Both the position numbers and the translations under genes were made by a program. The notes under the pieces were generated by a model. It was not told where the DNA came from, ran no database searches, and was given only the letters and a program-made list of their open reading frames with translations. A stretch of 63,767 nucleotides of DNA, filler included, from Octopus bimaculoides (Eukaryota), in the NCBI RefSeq assembly GCF_001194135.2. It is 4 parts of 4 records of this genome, joined end to end, with 100 filler letters (N's around TTAATTAATTAA, not from the genome) between each part and the next. Parts side by side here need not be neighbours in the genome. Positions count along the whole stretch, not along the records: positions 16,222 to 42,681 come from NC_068994.1; 3 more parts are not named here. One strand, 5' to 3'. Below are positions 28,818-42,174 of the stretch, in pieces (the stretch's first letter is position 1; every line of letters begins with the position of its first letter).

Positions 28818-29549
28818 CAAGCTATTAAGGGAGATTTATCTGCTAGAAATATGAGCCAAATCCCTCTTAACACACGTCCAATTGTCAGACCGGTTATGGC
28901 TGAGATATCTTCGCCCACAGAGTTCTCTCCATGAAGTTTATCCTATGGCTAAACAACAATAGCAACAAAGTGACAGTAACATCAATTGTGTGATCATAAG
29001 ACCTTACTTAAACTAACAATATTTTATTTACAACCAGATCATCTTTGAGAAAGAAAAAAGTATGCTGAAAAGCATTCCAACGTTTTGTACATCATGGATT
29101 CGTTAACCAATGTATCCTTCTTTATCATAAGACGTCAGTCAGGCTGTGGTTTTGAGAGAATGTAGCTGACATTGCTTTTAAATTAAGCAACAGCTTTGTG
29201 GTTCTCTCGCCGACACCACATAATATAGTTTATTTACAAAAGATCTCAAATTTAGAACACATGAGTGTAGCCGGTTAAACTATACCTAGTTCTTCATTTG
29301 TACTTTATATTATTGACCCCCGAATGGATTAAAAGAACGTCGGACCTTGCAGTCACGATATAATGGATTCAAGTAATCAGGTGGTATTCATAAACAAGCT
29401 ACACACATGTCTGTATTAATTCGAAATACGAAAACTTCTCTGAAGATAATGCAGAATTTGGGCTACCTACTGAAACAAATCTGTAGTCATTTTTCAATGT
29501 TTGTTGTGGAATAAAATTCATAATTTTTCTCCATTATTTATATCATTAC

Positions 29550-29601
<52 letters not shown>

Positions 29602-29610
29602 TCTCTTATT

Positions 29611-29801
29611 TTTTACTTGTTTGTCATTTGCATGCGGCCATGCTGGAGCACCGCCTTTAGTCGAACAAATCAACACCAGGACTTATCCTTTGAAAACCTA
29701 GTACTTATTCTACCGGTAAGTTTCGGGGACGTAAGCACACCAACATCGGTTGTCAGGCGATGGGGAGGGGACAAACACAGACACGCACTCACATAAACCT
29801 A

Positions 29802-29871
<70 letters not shown>

Positions 29872-29877
29872 TACACG

Positions 29878-29912
<35 letters not shown>

Positions 29913-30083
29913 GTATGTATGTATATTACAAGCTTCTTTCAGTTTCCATCTACCATATCCACTCATAAGGCTTTAGTCGGCCCGCAGCTATAGTAGAAGA
30001 CACTTACCCAAGGTGCCACGCATTGGGACTGAACCCGGAACCACATGGTTAGGAAGCAAGTTTCTTACCAGACAGCATGCCTA
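29611..30083 (-). mobile_element. SINE family A, near full length
   Basis: Reverse complement of family A including tail, internal CA/TA run and head. Confidence 0.85.
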
Positions 30084-30581
30084 CCTTTCATATATATATA
30101 TGTGTGTGTATATGCTGTTTGAATTAATTATATTATGGTACTCAAGGAGCGTGCTTAAAAACTCACATGCAATTAAACCAACTGATATACAACGATTTTT
30201 TTGTAGACATTGAAACATTACCTCTGACGATGGGCGTTACTGCATTCGAGGAAATACTAATACTAGCTTTTGTAAATATTATTTTAACTATTGGCTTTAA
30301 GGCATTATGGCTGTTGAGGAATGTAGTTACCAGACCTTCTATATTTGATACAACTGCCATAATGCATGATCACTTCTGTAAACAAAATGCCATGTCTCCT
30401 ATAAGGATGGAAATAGGCATGGTCGAGAAAAAATAACAAAACTAGGAAGTGCAAAGACTATTTGAGCAAAAGAGAAGAATTCGGTATGAACTCCTGTAAG
30501 TGATAATTTTAAAAACAAAGACTATAACACAAACAAATAATAAACATTAATAATAATAATAATAATAATTATAATTATAAT

Positions 30582-30623
<42 letters not shown>

Positions 30624-30626
<3 letters not shown>

Positions 30627-30691
30627 CTTTCAAAAATACAAAGACCTGGAAATAGAGGTAACTCGAATGTGGAATCTAAAAACAGAAACAA
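30624..30691 (+). pseudogene. Dong/R4-like non-LTR retrotransposon C-terminal fragment embedded in (TAA)n
   Basis: Reads NFQKYKDLEIEVTRMWNLKTET, matching the K.KY.DL.IE+.RMW..KT motif of the restriction-like endonuclease region of R4/Dong LINEs; flanked by (TAA)n at 30545-30623 and 30737-30805. Confidence 0.65.
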
Positions 30692-30733
30692 ATGATAAAA
30701 GAAATATTTCGCCCGGCTTGCTAACGATTCTGC

Positions 30734-30805
<72 letters not shown>

Positions 30806-30839
30806 TAAGATGTGCAAAGGCAATTATAATAATAATTAT

Positions 30840-31170
30840 GATTTCAGATTTTGGCAGAAGGCCAGAAATTTCGGGGTGGGTATAAGTCGATTACATTTAT
30901 CCCAGCGTTCAATTTTATTGACCTTCGAGAGCATGAAAAGCAACGTCGACCACAGCCTCATTTGAACTTAGATTGTAAAGTCGGACGAATTGCAGCTAAG
31001 CATTTTGTCGGGCCTAGTATCCATTCTGCCAACTCACCGCCTTAAAAATAACAACAATAACAATAACAATCCTTTCTACTATAGGCACAAGGCCTGAAAT
31101 ATGAGGCCGGGGTCTAGTCGATTGTATCGACCTCAATATGCAACTGGTACTTATTTTATCAACCCTGAAA
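30840..31170 (-). mobile_element. Two tandem SINE family D copies (tRNA head plus Deu/Nin-like domain)
   Basis: cattctgccaactcaccgcc head and atcgac..catgaaaagcaacgtcgacc domain; second copy starts with tail aatcctttctactataggcacaaggcc at 31066. Confidence 0.75.
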
Positions 31171-31224
31171 TTATCTACAATTTAAGCCATAATAATACCC
31201 GAGCATATTTTGCTGATTAATAAT

Positions 31225-31590
31225 CACTGGATGGTGGTCATACTGTGACACCTCCTTGAAGTGTTTTAGTAAAATAAATCGACCCCAGTACTTAGTTGTT
31301 CAAATGCGATACTTATTCTATCGATTACTTTTGACTGACATTTAAGTTACGAAAACGGAAACTAATCAACACCGGTTGGGAAGAGTTGATGGGAGACAAA
31401 CTCAAACACACACACACTTACACACAGGACGAGCTTCTTTCAGTTTCCACCTAGCAAGTTCACTCACAAGGCATTGGTCGTCCCGGGGTTGTACTAGGAG
31501 ACACTTAGCTAAGATGTCTCACGGTAGAATTGTACTCACGACCATATGGTTGTGAATCAAGTTTCTTAGTCACACTGCCACGCCTGCTTA
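31225..31590 (-). mobile_element. SINE family A, degenerate
   Basis: gagcttctttcagtttcc..cactcacaaggcattggtcg..accatatggttg..cacactgccacgcctgc. Confidence 0.65.
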
Positions 31591-31914
31591 GAGCTGTTCC
31601 AATAATCTTAACGAATTTTTTAATACGGCCATTCACCTTTTGTCAAATTCGTTGTAATAAAATTTTGAATAACACTTTTTGAGTTTTACTGATGCACCAA
31701 ATTCTTTTATATATATTAGTTTAGAATGGTGGCAGCTGATGAAGGGAATGTTCTCTATGTGGCCTGTGTGTTTTCTGTACTCTGTTTACCATTTTGTCCA
31801 CGTTTTTTGCAACATCCTGTACCCAGATATGCATCTATATATACATGTAGATGTAGGTATGTACATATATGTACGTATATATGCATATACTCATATATTA
31901 TTTGTATTATATAT

Positions 31915-32087
31915 ATACGACAGGCTTCTTTCAGTTTCTTGTTTCATTCAACAGTCTTCACTCACAAAGCTTTGGCCGGTTTGAGGCTATAGCAGAAGAC
32001 ACTTGTCCAAGGTGCTATGCAGTGAGACTGAACCTGGAACCATATGACTGGAAAGCAAACTTCTTACCACACAACCACGCCTGTGCC
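31915..32087 (-). mobile_element. SINE family A 5' part
   Basis: caggcttctttcagtttc..gaggctatagcagaagacacttgtccaagg..accacacaaccacgcctg. Confidence 0.8.
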
Positions 32088-32699
32088 TACAAACGTTGTC
32101 GCTCAGCCACACTTTCGCCAGCATATTTGAAATCGGAACCCCAAAATGAGCGCATGATTAGGCCTAAATTTTAAGGCGCCAAATTTTTTGTTCGTCAGGG
32201 GATATGTCTGCTCATTGAAGCCTGTCTGGTCTGGGGCCACACAGCAGCAACTATAACAATGACGACGACGGCGAAGACGATGACGATGGCAACGACGACT
32301 ATAACAAGAACACGTATCCATAGCAACCAGCAACAATCTGTATCAACAACAGCATTAACTTCAAAGTCGATATGAATAACATTAAGAAGAACAACACGAA
32401 TAAGGACAAACAGCAACACTGTAAAATATACAGCAGCAGTAGTAGTAGCAGCGGCTATATGAACAAGTTACTATAACGACAACAAAACAATTTCAGATTT
32501 TTAAAGCAAATCAAATCAAATAAAACAAAATATTAAAATACGAACTAAAAAAGGAAAAACTTTAACATTAACTTAAAACACAATAAAAAAAAAAATCTAT
32601 ATGAAATATCAAAACAAATGCTTTGAACAAAAGGAGGGGAAAAGAGTAATATAAAAAAAATAATAAATTAATGAAACAAAGTAAAAATATATTATAATA

Positions 32700-32716
32700 A
32701 CAATAATGATAATAGC

Positions 32717-32769
<53 letters not shown>

Positions 32770-32961
32770 CAACAACATTGCAAAAGAGGGTTGTTTGAAT
32801 AATCGGAATATTTTAGTTCCAATAAGATCTGAGAAAAATTTCGATATGAATTAATATAAAATTGATATAATTTTTTTTTTAAAAAGCAACAAAAAGTGTA
32901 TAGACAAACATAAATAATAATAAAAAATAATAATAATATTATTATTATTAATAATAATAAT

Positions 32962-32997
<36 letters not shown>

Positions 32998-33019
32998 AAT
33001 AATAATAATAATAATGATA

Positions 33020-33053
<34 letters not shown>

Positions 33054-33310
33054 GACGACGACTACGACCACTTTTTTATTCGCCATCAGGGCGACGGACG
33101 AGTGGGAGACAGATTTACAAATTTGAGTGGGAGTGTACTTAAAAACGTTTGAGAGGAAATTACTACTACTACTACTACTGCTACTGCTGCTGCTGCTGGT
33201 ACTGATGATGATGATTGATGATGATGATTGATGATGATGGTGGTGATGATATTTAATGATGGTGATAGTGATATTGATAATAACGTTAATGATGATAATG
33301 CTAATATAGA
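32700..33310. repeat. Compound trinucleotide arrays (TAA/CAA/GAT/CTA/CTG)
   Basis: Seen directly. Confidence 0.9.
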
Positions 33311-33450
33311 AATAATAATATAGAATAATTACGCAAACACGAAATTGATTGTTTGGTTTAACTGACTGCCTAACTGACTGTCGGACTGTCGGTTTAATAA
33401 CATTGTAATCATCATGTATTAGAATTTATAGATGTATACACAACATTGTA

Positions 33451-33680
33451 GAGGCGCATAGCTTAGTGGTGAGAGCAGCGGACTCATGGTCGAGGAATCG
33501 CGGGTTCGAATCTCAGACCGGGTAATGAGTGTGTTTATGGGCTAAACACCTAAGCTCCACGTGGCTCCGGCAGAAGTTCTGCTGACTCTTTCTCTCACTC
33601 TTTCCTCCTGCATCTAGCAGTTCACCTGGAAACTGGCCCTTATGAGCCAGGCATGACTCGAGAAGGAATAAGCAACAACA
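33451..33680 (+). mobile_element. Chimeric SINE: family B head with family H 3' tail
   Basis: Head gcagcggactc..cagaccggg..aaacacctaagctccacg as at 21538; tail aaactggcccttatgagccaggcatgactcgagaaggaa as at about 53900. Confidence 0.7.
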
Positions 33681-33742
33681 TACACAACATTATGATATTA
33701 TAAACACACATCGCCCGGTCTACAGCCATATTTATATATATA

Positions 33743-33949
33743 CAGGGTGTCGCAAAAAGATGTACTCACTCTTTGACTTCCCAGTACTCATGCATTTTGT
33801 GTTCAAGCAGATGTTTATTGATATACATACAGTCCTAAGAAGTTAAATTGCTGTAGAAACGATTATTTATTGTCATTTAGAAATAAAACAAAAACAATAC
33901 ATTAGCGATCGTCTGTCAAAGAGTGAGTACATCTTTTTGGGAAACCCTG
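33743..33949. mobile_element. Tc1/mariner-type MITE, 207 bp
   Basis: About 35-bp TIRs cagggtgtcgcaaaaagatgtactcactctttgac and gtcaaagagtgagtacatctttttgggaaaccctg, flanked by TA. Confidence 0.9.
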
Positions 33950-34588
33950 TATGTATATATATATATATATATATATATNNNNNNNNNNNNNNNNNNNNNN
34001 NNNNNNNNNNNNNNNNNNNNNNNNNNNNNNNNNNNNNNNNNNNNNNNNNNNNNNNNNNNNNNNNNNNNNNNNNNNNNNNNNNNNNNNNNNNNNNNNNNNN
34101 NNNNNNNNNNNNNNNNNNNNNNNNNNNNNNNNNNNNNNNNNNNNNNNNNNNNNNNNNNNNNNNNNNNNNNNNNNNNNNNNNNNNNNNNNNNNNNNNNNNN
34201 NNNNNNNNNNNNNNNNNNNNNNNNNNNNNNNNNNNNNNNNNNNNNNNNNNNNNNNNNNNNNNNNNNNNNNNNNNNNNNNNNNNNNNNNNNNNNNNNNNNN
34301 NNNNNNNNNNNNNNNNNNNNNNNNNNNNNNNNNNNNNNNNNNNNNNNNNNNNNNNNNNNNNNNNNNNNNNNNNNNNNNNNNNNNNNNNNNNNNNNNNNNN
34401 NNNNNNNNNNNNNNNNNNNNNNNNNNNNNNNNNNNNNNNNNNNNNNNNNNNNNNNNNNNNNNNNNNNNNNNNNNNNNNNNNNNNNNNNNNNNNNNNNNNN
34501 NNNNNNNNNNNNNNNNNNNNNNNNNNNNNNNNNNNNNNNNNNNNNNNNNNNNNNNNNNNNNNNNNNNNNNNNNNNNNNNNNNNNNNNN

Positions 34589-34627
<39 letters not shown>

Positions 34628-35059
34628 CCTTCTGCTTAACAACTTGTGCTAGTTTGTTTACGTCTCGTGAGTAAGCGGTTCGGTAAGAAGAAACCGATAG
34701 AATAGGCACCATTTGTACGACTAAATATCTTCAAGGCGTGTCCCAGCCTGTCCACAGTCTAAAGAATTAAACAAGTGAAAGATGAAAGATGTATATATAC
34801 ACGACATTATTACGTTTCTATTGATATATCCACGGCGCTATGATGTTTCTATAGATACGTCTTTACACAATGTTATGATATTTCTGCAGATATGTTATCG
34901 ATGTTTCTAATGATATATACACGGTATTATGATGTTTCAGGAAGTAATACAACCAAAGCTACAACAGCCACTATTGTCACTGTCACAGAATCTCTTACCA
35001 TAAAGACCGTTATCACAACTACTACGAGGACGACAATAACCACCACCACCACCACCACC

Positions 35060-35109
<50 letters not shown>

Positions 35110-35419
35110 AGAATACATACTTCTGTTATTGAACGTTGATATGTTTGCGCCTTTTTCTTGGGGTGTCTTCTATATAAGGTCTTTAATCCACATGGATATA
35201 CGCAGGACTGCACCTAAGGACTTACACTCATGAATCTACGCAGGATTGCACCTAAGGACTCATGTTTTGGTTCCTATTACTTCGGAAAGTTGAACTATGA
35301 TCTTTTATGCTTCTTTTTTCTTCTCTCTTTCCATCTCCTTATTCTTTTACTCCCTTCCTCTATGTTGTCATCTTATTGATATATACCATTCTCATTTTCC
35401 GTATTTTTTCCCCAATTTG

Positions 35420-35473
35420 TCTCTGATGACGGAATATCCCATACTCGGGGATATCCCAAAAACCGCTGTAAGA
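35420..35473 (+). ncRNA. Minimal type I hammerhead-like motif (Penelope-type), core-mutated
   Basis: TCT-CTGATGA-CGGAATATCCC-ATACTC-GGGGATATCCC-AAAAAC-CGCT-GTA-AGA: stem I TCT/AGA, long stem II, tiny stem III AC-NNNN-GT. GAAAC appears mutated to AAAAC. Confidence 0.6.
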
Positions 35474-37171
35474 TTTTGAATGTCTTCCTATAATAATACT
35501 GTATATGACTTGAGACGTTTGCCTTGCCTTAATGTTTGACATCCTGTTTAACAATTATATATNNNNNNNNNNNNNNNNNNNNNNNNNNNNNNNNNNNNNN
35601 NNNNNNNNNNNNNNNNNNNNNNNNNNNNNNNNNNNNNNNNNNNNNNNNNNNNNNNNNNNNNNNNNNNNNNNNNNNNNNNNNNNNNNNNNNNNNNNNNNNN
35701 NNNNNNNNNNNNNNNNNNNNNNNNNNNNNNNNNNNNNNNNNNNNNNNNNNNNNNNNNNNNNNNNNNNNNNNNNNNNNNNNNNNNNNNNNNNNNNNNNNNN
35801 NNNNNNNNNNNNNNNNNNNNNNNNNNNNNNNNNNNNNNNNNNNNNNNNNNNNNNNNNNNNNNNNNNNNNNNNNNNNNNNNNNNNNNNNNNNNNNNNNNNN
35901 NNNNNNNNNNNNNNNNNNNNNNNNNNNNNNNNNNNNNNNNNNNNNNNTATATGCATGTATGTATGCATATATACATACCTTGTGCTCACCTTATTGTAGG
36001 TATGTAACTAAATTTTGTACGACTCTTACTCTATCTTTTTCCCTCTCTCATTTTCTTCCTTTTTCTGGCTCCAGCCCTCTCTTTCTTTAACTCCCACTAT
36101 TTCCCACTCATTTATCTCCCCTGTAGCTTGTCTCTGATATTTTTCTAATCCTTCAATCCCGCTGCCCCCTACCCATCTCTACTCTTTCCACGTCACCGGT
36201 GTCAGGTCAGCCATGGTCCTTCTTTCTTGGCCTAACCGCCGACCGCCAACACCTCTTATGTCCATCTCCTATGTTCCTGCTTTTAGGCTTTCACTTCATA
36301 CACGCCAGCTCAATTTGATTCATTCTCAGACAAAAGACACCTGTTGTTATTTCTTCTTATTTGTATTCGTAATTGTGTATCATGTTCTCCATTTTTTTTG
36401 TTTTGTTTGTTTCTGTCTTTGTTGCCGTACACATTCGCTAACTTTCTTACAAAAGGGTCTAATCCTCTTAGATTAAACTTGGGGGGGGGGACCAGATTGA
36501 AGCATCTCAAGTGTAACAGCTAAAAACGGTCGTGACTTCTGGAACTTGACTGAGGAATGAAAGCCACGAATGACCCGTCTTTTTTTTGCCTGTCCTTCTA
36601 ATTGTTGTTTCTCTTGTTCCCCCTTTGTATCGTCTATCTGTCCCAATGTTTTAATGTCCTCTATTGCATTTTTGTTACATTTTTATTTATATAAGTGTGT
36701 GTGTGTGTATGCTTATCAAAAATACCGTTATTATTATTTATAGAATTGTAAAACCTCGACACCTCTTAACAAAACCATTTGCACCGAAAGCACACACACA
36801 CGCATACGCATATGTTTATATATTCGCATGTTTCAACAATGGCTCCACGGTATTTTTCATATACAGTCCTAAGCTATTTTCCTCTGCTTCAATAAAGTCC
36901 TGGTTACTGATCAAACTTCACCCACACTTTCTTCTGGACATTTACAGCCTATTGGTGTCACTCTTAGAGTGGAAAGCTTCGTGTACTGTCAACAATTTCT
37001 GGTCCTGATATCCATTTTCATCACTTCCCTTTCTTTGCCATTTTATAATTCGCGCTCCATACCGAAGCGATGTTATCGCCCAAGTTTTAACTGCTTGGAT
37101 TTTATTCTATCCAGTCAATTTTGAGCGCAACACCAACCTCATTATTATTATCATTATTATTATTATTATTA

Positions 37172-37215
<44 letters not shown>

Positions 37216-38429
37216 GTTATACTTTTTGTTGTTGCAATTGATCTGGGTTGGTCGATTATTCTAATGAGGTTCCAGTAATGGGTGTGTCCTTCAGTTCAAT
37301 GATTCATTGTTTTCTTTTTTGTTTTTCTTCTTTGATTTTTTATTTATTTAAAAAAATTTTTTTATATATTTTTTAATTGTTTTTAATTTTTTGTAATTTA
37401 ATTTGTATTGTTAAGAAATGCGTTTGAAGAAAAAAACTTAACAGAAATTCCAAATTCAAAATATCAAAAAGCCCCACCCATCCAGCCAATTAAAAAAAAA
37501 AAGAGTAAATGTATAAATAGCTAAAGAATACTACAAAAAAAAATTGAAGGTTTACAATTATGATAATTTGTCCTAATTAGTCATAGATTTCCTGTTTAGC
37601 TGCTGCTGCCTTTGTTGCTGCTGTTGCTCCCGCTGCTGTTGATAATTTCGATGAGTAGTGGTGATAATGATGATGATGATGATGAACATCATCATCATCA
37701 TCGTCGTCGTTTTCGTTGTTATTGTTGTCATTGTATTTTTGCTTGCAATGTGCGTATGCATGTATGTCTGTGAGTGCATGTGGGAGTGCATGTGAGAGAG
37801 TATGCAATCTATACAGAGGTACATAGGGAGGATGAAAAGAGATAGAAATTGATAATATGTGAGAAAGGGAAATGCAGAAACTCAGAGACAAAGAGAGAAC
37901 CAAAGAGAGAGAAACTAAGAGAAACAGAGAGAGAGAAGACAAAGGAACGAATTAAATGGGAAAAATAGAAAAATTTGTAAAACGTGAAATGACATTATAA
38001 GGAAGTAAAATGAATGAAAATGATTTCTATGTTAGTATGTTTGCGTTCTTGTGTACGTGTGTGTGTGTGTATAAGTATGCGTGTGTGTGTGTGTGTGTGT
38101 ATGTGTGTCAAGGGAGATTGTAAAAGATATCTAGGTTAGTAGACATGAATGTATTTGTGTGTATGTGTGTGTGTGTTTGACATACTTAACGAATCTGTAT
38201 AGAAGAAAACTCAGGAGCTTCAGTTTTCGTTCGGGGAAAGTCCCTTTAATATAAGCACTTTGTTAAATACGCAATATACTTCAGAGTTATTCGAGACGTG
38301 ATCCATTCGGAACTGACGGCTAGAGTAACAGAAACACATTTCGCCGTTTTTGCGGCTTGTCAGTACCACACACTCTCGTCACTTCCGACATGAAATCGTC
38401 CTAGCCAGTCTGGAATATATAGAGTCAGT

Positions 38430-38620
38430 AAATATACAATTCACTGAGTTGACACACGCCTGATATTCTCGATTTGCTAAATCGTCTTCCCATCGTCGTG
38501 GAGGCCTTTCGAGTAGCTTTTGCTGGTTTCTAGGATACCACTCGGCATCCAAGAAAGAGTGTGAGTCCAATTGTTATCTGTGAATCTTGCAGCATGTCCG
38601 GCTCAGCAGAACGATGGAAA
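38430..38620 (-). pseudogene. RTE-1-like LINE C-terminal fragment
   Basis: (W)AGHAARFTDNNWT then a frameshift to EWYPRNQQKLLERPPRRWEDDL (ORF 38379-38570), matching RTE RWAGHVAR.TD.RWT..EW.PR..KR..GRP..RW.DD. Confidence 0.8.
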
Positions 38621-38749
38621 GACGATTTCGTAAAGCGATTTTGACCATGATGGAAGAGAATAACGTAATCATAAAAGAATTGGAAGCGCGTTGAGTTCCG
38701 CCATGTATAACAACATCCAAGAGTCTGATCAATACAGATGATATATATA

Positions 38750-38800
<51 letters not shown>

Positions 38801-38959
38801 GTGCGTGCGTGTGTGCGCGTGTGTATGTATGTGTGTGTATGTGTGTGTGTGTGTGCGCGTGCGTGTATGTGTGTGTACGTATGTGTGTGTGCGTGTTCGT
38901 ATGTATTTATGCGTGTGCGACATACATAAACAGAAGGCTAGACAGACAGACAGACAGAC

Positions 38960-39012
<53 letters not shown>

Positions 39013-39034
39013 CAATAGTTTCTCACGATCGCAA

Positions 39035-39225
39035 TAGGCCAAAAATTTTGGAAGAAAAGTAACTAATAACATCGACCCCTTCTTCTAGACTGGCCCTTTA
39101 CTTTATCAACTTCAAAAGAACGTAAGTCAAAATTGACCTCAGTGATATATGAACTCAGAGCCTTATTTTAATACCACAAGGCATTTTGTCCAATGCTCCT
39201 GCGATTCTGATACACCACTATCTTC
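39035..39225 (-). mobile_element. SINE family D, degenerate
   Basis: ataggccaaaaattttgg..acatcgacccc..aaattgacctcagtg..gaactcagag..gcgattctga. Confidence 0.6.
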
Positions 39226-39290
39226 GAAACTACATACAATGATATTTCTCTTTAAAAAAATAAAATAAGTAGACAGCAAGAAATCACGGT

Positions 39291-39665
39291 AGGCGCAGGA
39301 ACGGTTGTGTGGTAAGTAGCTTGCTTACCAACCACATGGTTCTGGGTTCAGTCCCACAGCGTGGCACCTTGAGCAAGTGTCTTCTACTATAGCCTCGGGC
39401 CGACCAAAGCCTTGTGAGAGGATTTGGTAGACGGAAACTGAAAGAAGCCCGTCGTATGTAAGCATATGTATGTGTGTGTGTGTATGTTTGTGCATCTGTG
39501 TTTGTCCCCCCAACATCACTTGAAAACCGATGCTGCTGTGTTTATGTCCCCGTAACTTAGCGGTTTAGCAAAAGAGACCGATAGAATAAGTACTAGGCTT
39601 ACAAAGAATATGTACTAGGCTTACAAAGAATAAGTCCTAGGGTCGACTTTCTCGACTAAAGGCGG
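39291..39665 (+). mobile_element. SINE family A, near full length, with an internal 22-nt tandem duplication
   Basis: ggcgcagga..ggttgtgtggtaagtagcttgcttaccaaccacatgg head; gtactaggcttacaaagaata occurs twice. Confidence 0.92.
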
Positions 39666-39731
39666 CTATCCCATGCGGCACACATTCTAGCTACGTTACT
39701 AGATAACCAGTTAAAGAGAAGGTATCTACAT

Positions 39732-39983
39732 CACGAGTTCTCAACCATTTTTATCTACAGACGCCTTTGATTAATATTTTATTCTGGTGGACCTCCATAG
39801 TTACTCGATATTTAAAAACTAGTTTTACAGGAACGTCTTTCAAAATTCCCATTTTGTAGGCTGAACTATGTAAAATGATGCAGAAAGAAATCTAGCTCGG
39901 AAGCAAAATTTTTTCATGGACATTTAAAATACTATTATGGATCACTATATTTTGTATTTTGTTGCGTGGACTCCCCCCCCCCC
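39732..39983. mobile_element. Probable hAT-type MITE, right end lost in a gap
   Basis: Starts cacgagttctcaacc, similar to the cagtagttctcaac TIR at 59841. Confidence 0.45.
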
Positions 39984-40305
39984 NNNNNNNNNNNNNNNNN
40001 NNNNNNNNNNNNNNNNNNNNNNNNNNNNNNNNNNNNNNNNNNNNNNNNNNNNNNNNNNNNNNNNNNNNNNNNNNNNNNNNNNNNNNNNNNNNNNNNNNNN
40101 NNNNNNNNNNNNNNNNNNNNNNNNNNNNNNNNNNNNNNNNNNNNNNNNNNNNNNNNNNNNNNNNNNNNNNNNNNNNNNNNNNNNNNNNNNNNNNNNNNNN
40201 NNNNNNNNNNNNNNNNNNNNNNNNNAATTTCTCTCAATTAACATCCATCATAGAGGACGTGTTGGATATTGTGTGGGAAGGATGTGTAAAACAAGAGAGA
40301 GAAGC

Positions 40306-40383
<78 letters not shown>

Positions 40384-40800
40384 CAGATAGATAGATAGAT
40401 AGGGGAGAGAGAAAGCGAGAGAAAGAGCAGGTGCGATGTCTCAACAGGGCAATACATTTTAAGATGACAGAACGTTGTGAAGAAAATTTAGAAAACTGCG
40501 GCAGAGGAAGACAGATTAAGCAGTAATTGGTTCGTAAATAACATCAATGTGAGAGCGAGACAGAGAGAGAGAGAGATGCTCACATTTCTTTTATATTGTT
40601 ATGAAGTGAAGGCAAATTTCTTTTTTTCTTTCTGCCACACTGAGGAGAGAAATACATCCAGTTTACGAACGATGGTTGCTGTATTGTGGTAGCATTTCAT
40701 TTCTCAAGACAAGGAATCACCGGAGACACAAAAACGAGATCCAGTTTTGGTGACCCTTCTCCGGGTGAGCCATTACTCTATATCAGTGGAGTGTATGTGC

Positions 40801-40832
<32 letters not shown>

Positions 40833-41680
40833 GAGCTGAGGTCTAAAGGAAACAGCATAAAAATAAGAATATCACGAGAAATGTATACTTTTCACCTTCG
40901 GTATGTTAGGAAGGGATTGGTTTTATTTATTTATTTATCTATCTATCTATTTATTTATTTGTTTATTTATTCTCAAATCAAGAATACTTTGCGAACCAGC
41001 GGGAGATATTTGCTTTGTGACCTTCTGGTAAAGTGTTTGGCAATAGCTGTGTTACACAGGAAATCCCGATGGGAGATGTTTGCAGCCTGCCTTTATTTCT
41101 GACTCACATCTCACATGTAATTCGAAAATGAGAAAATACAGAGAGAAAATACAGTGCGCGGCTCATGTGCCATAAAAACCATGGAGGTCACTAGTTGTGC
41201 TCTGCTTTGCATTGCCGAATGACCCGCGTCCATCATTCTGTTTAAGTAAAATCTCGGGAGAGCGAAATCAAGACCAACCATAAATGCGTGCGCACACGAA
41301 TAGAAAAAAAAAACAACGGAAACAAATACATGCATATATGTTTGTGTGTGCATGTATGTATATGTGTGTATAAATACATGCGTATATAAACGTATGGGTA
41401 TAAATGTATGTATATACATATACATATACGAATATATATGCACACACATATATATATATACATGCATACATATATATACATATACGTATATACACGCATG
41501 CACACAATTACACACGCACATATACATGTATATATATGTGTGTGTATATATATATATATGTGTGTGTGTGAATATATATATATGTATATATGTATATATA
41601 TATGTATATATATGTATATATGTGAATATATACATATATGTGTGTGTGTATATATATATGCGCGTGTGGATGTATGTATG

Positions 41681-41730
<50 letters not shown>

Positions 41731-42174
41731 NNNNNNNNNNNNNNNNNNNNNNNNNNNNNNNNNNNNNNNNNNNNNNNNNNNNNNNNNNNNNNNNNNNNNN
41801 NNNNNNNNNNNNNNNNNNNNNNNNNNNNNNNNNNNNNNNNNNNNNNNNNNNNNNNNNNNNNNNNNNNNNNNNNNNNNNNNNNNNNNNNNNNNNNNNNNNN
41901 NNTATTGTTTTGGCAACTAAGTTCCCGCCGTTTTTTTTAAATTTTGGAATTTATTGCGTTTTTAAATTTTAGAATGACTGGCAACATGTTTCAGCTGACA
42001 GAATCTCTGCACATTGTTCTATTCTGGGTCTTCCTTAGATGTAAACTAATCACAAGAGTGTGAGTCTTTTAGTAAACACACATGTTTATCGATTTCCTTT
42101 TACTAGTTAAAGAGAAATCAACATGGTTTAAACACGAAGTCTACTTTGCTTCTCTTAGAATGTGTTTAGGAACA

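Noticed and set aside
31730-31760. CTGATGA cores at about 31736, 18433 and 63627
   Set aside because: No correctly placed stem II plus GAAA partner.
40710-40764. Possible exon ending in GTGAGC
   Set aside because: No recognisable protein similarity and no partner exons.
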